DNA of 64,000 nucleotides from positions 35,292-99,291 of the forward strand of contig JAFVRO010000022.1 of NCBI GenBank assembly GCA_017504205.1, written 5' to 3'. Below, piece after piece: positions 57,192 to 64,000 of the stretch. Every line of letters starts with the position of its first letter. Positions within the stretch are counted from its first letter, which is position 1. Origin of the DNA: Clostridia bacterium. GTDB taxonomy: Bacteria > Bacillota > Clostridia > Oscillospirales > CAG-272. The notes beneath the pieces are model-generated. The model ran no database searches and was not told where the DNA came from. It saw only the letters and a program-made list of their open reading frames with translations. The translations under genes and the position numbers were made by a program.

Positions 57192-57404
57192 ATGACTTTG
57201 CTCGAAGCACAGGATGGAAAAGAATATATTATAGCCGGTATAAAAACAGATGACGAGGATCTCAACGCGTTCCTTTTTTCGCTCGGATGCTATAGCGGTG
57301 AAAGCATAACCGTTATCCGCCACCTCAAAGGCGGATGTATCGTTGCTATCAAGGACGGCAGATACAATATAGATAATCAGCTTGCTGAAGCTATTATTAT
57401 ATAA
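57192..57404 (+). CDS. feoA: FeoA family protein
   Basis: 70 aa SH3-like protein, TLLEAQDGKEYIIAGI...RYNIDNQLAEAI. RBS aaggaga. Immediately upstream of feoB. Confidence 0.8.
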   Translation: MTLLEAQDGKEYIIAGIKTDDEDLNAFLFSLGCYSGESITVIRHLKGGCIVAIKDGRYNIDNQLAEAIII

Positions 57405-57466
57405 TTTTATAGTGTAAGATTGTATTATAAGCACGCAACAGCCGGCTGGTTGTTTTTTAGAGTATA

Positions 57467-57482
57467 GTTAGCCACCGCTAAC
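57467..57482. promoter_or_regulatory. Operator-like palindrome GTTAGC-cacc-GCTAAC (site 3) between feoA and feoB
   Basis: Read directly from the sequence. It is preceded by a small hairpin plus T-run (about 57436-57459). Confidence 0.45.
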
Positions 57483-57530
57483 TGAATTGTAATCAATATC
57501 CGAAAGGATTAAAATAGGAGGAAATCCAAT

Positions 57531-59546
57531 ATGAGAATTGCTTTGGCGGGCAATCCCAATTCAGGTAAGACCACCATGTATAACGCTCTGACCGGACGCA
57601 GTGAAAAGGTCGGCAACTGGGCCGGTGTTACCGTTGACAAGAAAGAACACCCCATCAAAAAGGCGTATGCAGGTAGCGAACAGCTCATCGCCGTTGACCT
57701 TCCGGGCGCATACTCCATGTCTCCCTTCACGAGCGAGGAAAGCATCACAAGCTCCTATGTGAAAAAAGAAAATCCCGACGTTATCATCAACATCGTGGAT
57801 GCTACCAACCTCAGCCGTAGTCTTTTCTTCACCACGCAGCTCCTTGAACTTGGTATTCCCGTTGTCGTTGCTCTGAACAAGAGTGACCTGAACGAGAAAA
57901 AGGAAACCAAAATTGACGTAGAGGCTCTGTCTGCAAAGCTCGGTTGTTCCGTAATCACTACTGTTTCCACCTCGGCAAAAGGACTTAAGGCACTTGTTGA
58001 AGCCGCCGCGTCCTTAGCAGGCAAATCACAGAAAGCTCCCTATCATCAGGGGGACGTCGACCTTTCCGATAAAGCAGTTGTTGAAGCTGCTGACCGTAAG
58101 CGCTTCGAGTTTGTAAACGGCATCGTAAAAGAGGTTGAAACCCGTAAGGTCTTTACTAAGGATAAAAACATTGGTGATAAGATCGACGCAGTCCTTACGA
58201 ATAAGTGGCTCGGTATCCCGATCTTCGCGCTTATTATGTGGGCTGTTTTCTGGATTTCCCAGGCAGGTCCCGGCGCGTGGCTTGCAGAAGGTCTTGATGT
58301 TGGCGAAACTCACCTCTGGGGTCTCGTTGATTGCATTGGCTGGTTCAAAGAACTTGTTGCCGGATGGCTCAGCGGTGCTCACGATCTGATCCAAGCAATT
58401 ATCCTTGAAGGTATTATCGAAGGCGTTGCAGCAGTTGTTGGCTTCCTGCCTCTCGTAATGGTTATGTACTTCCTCATCGCTCTTCTCGAGGATTGCGGTT
58501 ACATGGCTCGTGCGACTGTTGTTCTTGATCCTATCTTCAAGAAAGTCGGTCTTTCGGGCAAATCCGTTATCCCCTTTATCATCGGTACAGGTTGTGCTAT
58601 CCCCAGCGTTATGGCTTGCCGTACTATCCGCAACGAGCGCGAGCGCAGAGCAACCGCTATGCTTACTCCCTTTATGCCCTGCGGTGCAAAGCTCCCCGTA
58701 ATCTCACTCTTTGCAGGCGCGTTCTTCGAGAACTCTGAATGGGTTGGCGTTACGATGTACTTCGTAGGTATCGTTCTCATTCTTCTTTGTGCGCTTCTTA
58801 TCAACGCGCTTACAGGTCACAAGGCAAGAAAGTCCTTCTTTATTATCGAGCTTCCCGAATACAAAGCCCCTTCCTTCGTTCAGGCGCTCAAGTCTATGTG
58901 TCAGAGAGGTTGGTCTTACATAGTTAAGGCTGGAACTGTCATTCTTGTATGTAACTTCGTTGTTTACATGATGCAGACATACGGTTGGAACTTCCAAGCA
59001 GTTGAAGATCCGTCACAATCAATCCTCGCTACTATCGCTACTCCTATTGCATATGTGATCGCTCCTATCGTGGGTGTAGCTCTTTGGCAGCTCGCAGCGG
59101 CGGCTGTTACGGGCTTCATCGCAAAAGAGTGCGTTGTTTCCACTCTTGCAACCGTCTTTATGTTTGAGCATCTGATCAATGAGGATCTCGAGGCTGTTGG
59201 CGCAATCGGAGCATCCAACATGGGCGGCATTTCCGTTGTTGCAGGTCTTGCGTTCCTTATGTTCAACCTCTTTACTCCTCCTTGCTTCGCAGCTCTCGGT
59301 GCTATGAACTCCGAGATCAAGAGCAAGAAGTGGCTCTGGGCAGGTATCGGACTTCAGTTTGCGGTTGGATACACAATCGGCTTCCTCGTATTCTTCTTCG
59401 GTACGCTCTTCACGGGCGGAAGCTTCGGTGCCGCTTGGATGCCTATCCTCGGTTGGGCTATCACCCTTGCGATTGCCGCAGTCTTCACCTTCATGATTAT
59501 CAGAAAGAACAAGCAGCTTAAGGCTGAATACGCGCTTAACGCATAA
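57531..59546 (+). CDS. feoB: Ferrous iron transporter FeoB
   Basis: N-terminal G-domain GNPNSGKTT...DLPG...NKSD followed by a polytopic membrane domain. Confidence 0.9.
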   Translation: MRIALAGNPNSGKTTMYNALTGRSEKVGNWAGVTVDKKEHPIKKAYAGSEQLIAVDLPGAYSMSPFTSEESITSSYVKKENPDVIINIVDATNLSRSLFFTTQLLELGIPVVVALNKSDLNEKKETKIDVEALSAKLGCSVITTVSTSAKGLKALVEAAASLAGKSQKAPYHQGDVDLSDKAVVEAADRKRFEFVNGIVKEVETRKVFTKDKNIGDKIDAVLTNKWLGIPIFALIMWAVFWISQAGPGAWLAEGLDVGETHLWGLVDCIGWFKELVAGWLSGAHDLIQAIILEGIIEGVAAVVGFLPLVMVMYFLIALLEDCGYMARATVVLDPIFKKVGLSGKSVIPFIIGTGCAIPSVMACRTIRNERERRATAMLTPFMPCGAKLPVISLFAGAFFENSEWVGVTMYFVGIVLILLCALLINALTGHKARKSFFIIELPEYKAPSFVQALKSMCQRGWSYIVKAGTVILVCNFVVYMMQTYGWNFQAVEDPSQSILATIATPIAYVIAPIVGVALWQLAAAAVTGFIAKECVVSTLATVFMFEHLINEDLEAVGAIGASNMGGISVVAGLAFLMFNLFTPPCFAALGAMNSEIKSKKWLWAGIGLQFAVGYTIGFLVFFFGTLFTGGSFGAAWMPILGWAITLAIAAVFTFMIIRKNKQLKAEYALNA

Positions 59547-59548
59547 CT

Positions 59549-59725
59549 ATGAACACTGTTGATTATATTGCAATCGCCGTAATAATTCTGATCGTCGGGG
59601 CGGCAGCATTCTATATCATTCGCGCTAAGAAGCGCGGACAGAAATGTGTCAGTTGCCCGTACTCAAAGCAATGCGGCGAAAAATGCAACTGCGGAAACAA
59701 AAAAACTAAACAAGACGATCACTAA
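59549..59725 (+). CDS. FeoB-associated Cys-rich membrane protein (58 aa; below the ORF-track cutoff)
   Basis: Manual translation gives MNTVDYIAIAVIILIVGAAAFYIIRAKKRGQKCVSCPYSKQCGEKCNCGNKKTKQDDH. One TM helix plus a Cys cluster. It starts 3 nt after the feoB stop. Confidence 0.7.
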   Translation: MNTVDYIAIAVIILIVGAAAFYIIRAKKRGQKCVSCPYSKQCGEKCNCGNKKTKQDDH

Positions 59726-59728
59726 AGT

Positions 59729-60115
59729 ATGAAACGGAGATACACATTGGATAACGGTAGAACCTTCACCGCCTCGCAGATACGCTATATGATCTGGCTC
59801 TGCAGACTTTCGCGCGACAGAGTCGGAGTAAAAAACGTAGAGCTTTCAACGGCACTTGGCCTCAGCAAGCCGAGCGTCCACAATATGCTGAGATCCCTCT
59901 CGGATATGGGAGTGGTTGTGCAGGAGTCATTCGGACTTGCCCATCTGACCGACTGCGGACGCGCTGTGGCAGAGCAATATGAAAAATGCTACGTTATCCT
60001 TGAGCAGAAAATGGCCGAGCTTTGCGGCAAAGAATGTCTTACTGAAAATGCCGTATGCGCCATTCTTGCAGACGTACCGTATGAACGTATCAATATACTT
60101 TCAAAGAAAAGCTGA
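59729..60115 (+). CDS. DtxR-like winged-helix transcriptional regulator (last gene of the feo operon)
   Basis: VKNVELSTALGLSKPSVHNMLRSLSDMGVV wHTH resembling the DtxR/MntR N-terminal domain. Confidence 0.6.
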   Translation: MKRRYTLDNGRTFTASQIRYMIWLCRLSRDRVGVKNVELSTALGLSKPSVHNMLRSLSDMGVVVQESFGLAHLTDCGRAVAEQYEKCYVILEQKMAELCGKECLTENAVCAILADVPYERINILSKKS

Positions 60116-60125
60116 CATTAATATA

Positions 60126-60157
60126 AGGGGCTATCTCACTTGCGTGAGACAGCCCCT
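60126..60157. terminator. Hairpin with GNRA-type loop; near-copy (inverted) of the 44514-44549 terminator
   Basis: aggggctatctcac-ttgc-gtgagacagcccct. Confidence 0.55.
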
Positions 60158-60244
60158 GAAATCGAACTCGACGAATCAAATTCGTCGTTTTGGCACGAAA
60201 ATAGCATCAAATATCATTAAAATCTGCGCCAAAACCGTTCGAAA

Positions 60245-60280
60245 GGGCTGTCTTAATGAGACAGCCCGTCTTCCTTTTTT
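60245..60280 (+). terminator. Rho-independent terminator-like hairpin
   Basis: gggctgtct-taatg-agacagccc followed by gtcttccTTTTTT. Confidence 0.6.
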
Positions 60281-60429
60281 ATCTTGGGAATTTAAAAAAT
60301 ATTGCTTTTTTGATCGGTAATTTTTCTTGAGTTGCCATTTTTCTGCTTATAACGCTTCAACGCCGTTGCAAAAAATAAATTAATGTGTTATAATAGCTTC
60401 AGAACCTTAATGAGATAAGGAGAATCAAT

Positions 60430-61530
60430 ATGGCAGAATTATATCACGGAAATATCAGCACCAAAACCATTTGGACCCCGGCATCACACGGCGGAGTGTA
60501 TACACATCACCGTATTCCGGGCATTGTAATTACGAAAAAGGGTACTGTTATCATTTATTGCGAAGCAAGAGATACCACAGATACCGCCGGGACGTTCGGC
60601 AAAGGCGCGGATTGGTGCCGTATGGATATACTGCTTCAGAGATCCGAGGACGGCGGTAGCACGTTTGAAGATCCGATATATATAACACGCGGAGGTTGTG
60701 CCGAGGACGGAAACGCAGAGCATATAACCGTTAATAACCCCGTTATGATCGTGGGCAATGACGGATTGTTGCATCTTCTGTTCTGTAAAAGCTACGGCAT
60801 CTGCGGTGGGGGACTTTGGTATACATGCAGCTCCGATGACGGTAAAACGTGGAGTGTGGCACGCGAGATCACTGTCGGGATAAGTGATGAGATCGGATAT
60901 AAGTTCAATTGCTTTGCATTCGGCCCGACCCACGGAATATGCACGTCAAGCGGAATATTAATGAGCGCTGCGTGGGCAGTTCCCGCAGCAGAAGGAAGGG
61001 ATATCTTCCTTCACGTTCCGTCGTACGCTCATGTGGTGTATAGTGCAGATAACGGCAAAACCTGGCATATAACGAAAAAGATAAGTCAAAATACGAACGA
61101 AACGGATATTGCCGAGCTTGAGGACGGCGCGATTATCATCAACTCCCGCACGGGAATGGGATTTAGAGCTCTCAACGTATGCCGCAGTTTTACTGCAGAC
61201 GCAGAGCCCGTATGGTGGGGAACTGCATACCCCGATGAGCTTGTAGACCCCGGCTGCTGTGGCGGTATGGTGTCCTTTGCTCATCCGGACATACCTCGTG
61301 TGCTTCTGACCGTTAACTGCGCAGACCCTAAATACCGCCGATATATTACCGTAAAATGCAGTCTTGACGGCGGAATGACCTTCTCCAAAAAGCTGAAGAT
61401 CACCGAAAACTACGGCGGCTACTGTGATATTGCCGTCGATCCTTGCGGTAAGGTCTACGTGCTTTGGGAAACCGCTATGGGCGTAATGATGTCACTTACG
61501 ACCTTCAGTCTGTCAGACGAGCTGATCTGA
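60430..61530 (+). CDS. Exo-alpha-sialidase (GH33, BNR/Asp-box), no signal peptide
   Basis: RIP motif (HHRIPGIV) and four Asp-boxes: SEDGGSTF, SSDDGKTW, SADNGKTW, SLDGGMTF. Confidence 0.8.
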   Translation: MAELYHGNISTKTIWTPASHGGVYTHHRIPGIVITKKGTVIIYCEARDTTDTAGTFGKGADWCRMDILLQRSEDGGSTFEDPIYITRGGCAEDGNAEHITVNNPVMIVGNDGLLHLLFCKSYGICGGGLWYTCSSDDGKTWSVAREITVGISDEIGYKFNCFAFGPTHGICTSSGILMSAAWAVPAAEGRDIFLHVPSYAHVVYSADNGKTWHITKKISQNTNETDIAELEDGAIIINSRTGMGFRALNVCRSFTADAEPVWWGTAYPDELVDPGCCGGMVSFAHPDIPRVLLTVNCADPKYRRYITVKCSLDGGMTFSKKLKITENYGGYCDIAVDPCGKVYVLWETAMGVMMSLTTFSLSDELI

Positions 61531-61559
61531 TAACTTGCTTTCAAATATAAGGGGTTTAT

Positions 61560-62423
61560 ATGGAAAAGCTTAAAAAAAGCCGTGCCGCAAGCTTCGTTGC
61601 GGTCACCTTCGTTTACGTCCTTGCGTCAGTAGCAGGGATCGTTATATACGGTATGCTTCCGTTTGATTGGCGTCTCTCACTCTTGATAGCAGACGTTGCC
61701 GCAACCGTCATTACGTTCGTTTTCAGCCTGATATTTAAAAATGCATCAGTCTATGATCCGTATTGGAGTGTACAGCCACCTGTAATTCTTATCGCTTTTG
61801 CGTTTGATACCGAGTTGACCGCTCTTGGTATTTTGCTCATTGTTACAGTAACCTTCTGGGCGGTTCGCCTGACTGCAAATTGGGCATATACCTTTAAAGG
61901 ACTTGAGCATCAGGATTGGCGTTATTCAATGCTGAAGGATAAGACGGGCGCTGTTTATCCAATAATAAATTTCGTAGGGATACATATGGTTCCAACCTTG
62001 GTAGTATATGGATGCATCCTTCCTGCCGCTCACGCAATCGTGTATACGGTAGATCTTAAGCCTGCCTCTATAATCTTCATATGTCTTTCGATCGGTGCCG
62101 CGATAATGCAAGGAATAGCCGATATACAGATGCACAAATATCGTAAAAAGCGAAACGGTGCGTTTATCCGTAACGGCCTTTGGAAGCACTCACGCCACCC
62201 GAACTATCTCGGCGAAATTTTGATGTGGTGGGGAATAGCGCTCGCAGTGCTTTGTTCAGCTCCTACTGCCCGGTATCTCATCGCAGGCGCCGTTGCAAAT
62301 ACCGTCCTGTTCTTTGCGGTAAGTATCCCCATGGCAGACGGAAGACAGTCGCGTAAGGAGGGCTTTGCAGAATATAAAAACCAGACCCACGCTCTTCTTC
62401 CAATCAAAAAATTCAACGCGTGA
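61560..62423 (+). CDS. DUF1295 family membrane protein (steroid 5-alpha-reductase/ICMT-like)
   Basis: Polytopic protein with the WKHSRHPNYLGEILMWWG motif. Confidence 0.7.
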   Translation: MEKLKKSRAASFVAVTFVYVLASVAGIVIYGMLPFDWRLSLLIADVAATVITFVFSLIFKNASVYDPYWSVQPPVILIAFAFDTELTALGILLIVTVTFWAVRLTANWAYTFKGLEHQDWRYSMLKDKTGAVYPIINFVGIHMVPTLVVYGCILPAAHAIVYTVDLKPASIIFICLSIGAAIMQGIADIQMHKYRKKRNGAFIRNGLWKHSRHPNYLGEILMWWGIALAVLCSAPTARYLIAGAVANTVLFFAVSIPMADGRQSRKEGFAEYKNQTHALLPIKKFNA

Positions 62424-62545
62424 CATAATTGCTCGCGTGATTATAATTGCTTATCAATAAAAATGCATGTTTTTGCATAAAATGTGCATTTTTTCGTTTT
62501 TTTTGCATAAAAAACACTTTTTTAAAATTTTTATTCAAAAACCTA

Positions 62546-62574
62546 TTGACAATCGCCTCGAAAAGTGGTACAAT
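62546..62574 (+). promoter_or_regulatory. Sigma-A promoter with extended -10 driving the T-box leader
   Basis: TTGACA, 17 nt, (TGg)TACAAT. Confidence 0.65.
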
Positions 62575-62589
62575 ACATAGCAAATTAGA

Positions 62590-62853
62590 AAAGCGCTTGA
62601 GCGGAAGCAAGTAACCGTCCCACCGTGTCACAGAGAGCTGTTGGTTGGTGTAAAACAGTACACGAACTCGGTGAATACGTTCCGTTAGCTGCAGGTTGAA
62701 GAAAAATTGTGTAGGCCTTGCCGGTTGCAACCGTTATATTGCCAAGATGCCATCAGGCACCTTATGAGGCTCAACTCGCAAGGGCTGAGCGAAGCAGAGT
62801 GGTAACACGGTCTATGTGACTGTCCCTGTTCCTTTGGTGGAACAGGCTTTTTT
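62590..62853 (+). promoter_or_regulatory. T-box leader RNA (transcription antitermination), specifier UAC (Tyr)
   Basis: K-turn TGAG/GA, AGTA (62610-62613), AGAGAG bulge (62632-62637), specifier loop GAA-TAC-G (TAC at 62676-62678), T-box AGAGTGGTAACACGG (about 62796-62810), and terminator cctgttcc/ggaacagg plus T-run (62825-62853). Confidence 0.8.
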
Positions 62854-62929
62854 ATTGTTTTCACGGCGTAATAAACAACCGCTATGAATAAATACACAAA
62901 ATAATTCAAAAAACTAAGGAGTCCCTACC

Positions 62930-63898
62930 ATGAAAAAATTATTAGCGCTTATTTTAGCACTTGTCCTTAGTGTCGGCACCTGTCTGGCACTTACGTCTTG
63001 TAATAACGACAACGACGGTAAAAAATATAAGATCGGTATTTGTCAGCTCGTAGAACATGTAGCTCTCGACGCTGCAACCGAAGGCTTCAAGCAGGCTATC
63101 ATAGATGAGCTTGGTGAGGATGCGGTCGAGTTCGATTTTCAGAATGCTCAGAATGACATCAATACCTGTTCAACCATTATAAATCAGTTCGTTTCAAATA
63201 ACGTTGATCTTATTATGGCTAACGCAACACCGGCACTTCAGTCCGCAGCCTCTGCAACCGATACCATCCCGATACTCGGCACATCCGTTACCGAATACGG
63301 CGTGGCACTTGAAATTGAAAACTTCTCCGGAACAGTCGGCGGTAACGTATCCGGAACCTCAGACCTCGCCCCCCTTGACAAGCAGGCGCAGATGATCCTT
63401 GACTGGTGCCCCGATGCAAAGAAGGTCGGTCTCCTCTATTGCTCCAAGGAGCTTAACAGTGAGTACCAGGTTGCTGTTGTAAAAGCAGAGCTTGAAAAGA
63501 AGAACGTTGAAGCAATTCTCTATCCCTTCACCGATTCTAACGAGCTTGCGCAAATATGCACGACCGCCGCTGATAACTGCGACGCTATTTACGTTCCAAC
63601 CGATAATACTGTTGCAGAGAATACCGGTATAATCAACAATATCTGCGAGCCTAAGAAGATCCCCGTAATCGCAGGCGAAGAAGGTATCTGCTCAGGCTGC
63701 GGAATTGCTACTCTTTCCATCAGCTACTATGACCTCGGCTACACTACAGGTAAGATGGCAGTTAAGATCCTCAAGGACGGCGCCGACATCTCCACTATGC
63801 CCATAGCATACGCAGATAAGCAGACCCCTAAATATAATAAGGATCTCTGCGAGGCACTTGGCATCACTCCTCTTGAAGGATATGTAGTTATTGAATAA
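62930..63898 (+). CDS. ABC transporter substrate-binding lipoprotein (PF04392/COG2984 type)
   Basis: Lipobox LALTSC. YKIGICQLVEHVALDAA and the overall layout match the ABC_sub_bind family. Confidence 0.75.
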   Translation: MKKLLALILALVLSVGTCLALTSCNNDNDGKKYKIGICQLVEHVALDAATEGFKQAIIDELGEDAVEFDFQNAQNDINTCSTIINQFVSNNVDLIMANATPALQSAASATDTIPILGTSVTEYGVALEIENFSGTVGGNVSGTSDLAPLDKQAQMILDWCPDAKKVGLLYCSKELNSEYQVAVVKAELEKKNVEAILYPFTDSNELAQICTTAADNCDAIYVPTDNTVAENTGIINNICEPKKIPVIAGEEGICSGCGIATLSISYYDLGYTTGKMAVKILKDGADISTMPIAYADKQTPKYNKDLCEALGITPLEGYVVIE

Positions 63899-63977
63899 TA
63901 ACTTGTTGTAAATAATACCCGGAGGGAATTTTCTTCCCTCCGGTTAATTGCTAAATTTTGATTATAGGTGAATTTAA

Positions 63978-64000
63978 ATGAATATTATCACACAACTGTT
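63978..64000 (+). CDS. Start of the next ORF (probably the ABC permease), truncated by the window end
   Basis: ATG behind a purine-rich stretch. Only 7 codons are visible (MNIITQL). A hairpin ccggaggga/tccctccgg at 63920-63943 separates it from the binding-protein gene. Confidence 0.3.

Noticed and set aside
59979-60320. 113-aa plus-strand ORF after the feo operon.
   Set aside because: It starts inside the DtxR-like gene in another frame and reads through three strong terminator hairpins.

Overview
The window looks like a chromosomal segment of a Gram-positive anaerobe, probably Clostridia-class Firmicutes. This rests on TTGACA-17-TATAAT promoters, GGAGG ribosome-binding sites and the gene content. 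No computed GC values or database hits are claimed, and family names come from motif recognition by eye.

Most of the window is housekeeping:
- Metabolism: glnN 3' part, nadABC, gdhA, hom, coaE.
- Translation and replication: prfA, Sua5/TsaC, a ParC/GyrA-like subunit, secG.
- Five tRNAs.
- An oxidative-stress operon (desulfoferrodoxin, ferritin, rubredoxin).
- A feoAB operon.
- Two ABC systems.
- A GH33 sialidase.
- A T-box-controlled ABC binding protein.

Features found outside the ORF track are rubredoxin, a FeoB-associated Cys-rich peptide, a 57-aa membrane peptide, a 27-codon leader ORF, promoters, terminators and operators.

Items most worth a second look:
1. A promoter-to-terminator three-gene operon (37.7-44.5 kb). 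It ends in a 1745-aa protein with a DUF4132-like tail and has two partners I cannot recognise.
2. A visibly AT-rich two-gene islet (20.6-22.9 kb). It pairs a NADAR-like protein with a PUA/EVE-like domain fused to a RecB/Cas4-type PD-(D/E)xK nuclease.
3. A 376-bp non-coding element bounded by inverted repeats (24.47-24.84 kb). It is packed with GTTATGA/TCATAAC heptads and GCGAAGC mini-hairpins.
4. A leader-peptide plus double-terminator attenuator in front of a heterodimeric ABC exporter.
5. Three copies of GTTAGC-N4-GCTAAC around feoA/feoB.

Manually derived coordinates may be off by 1-2 nt.
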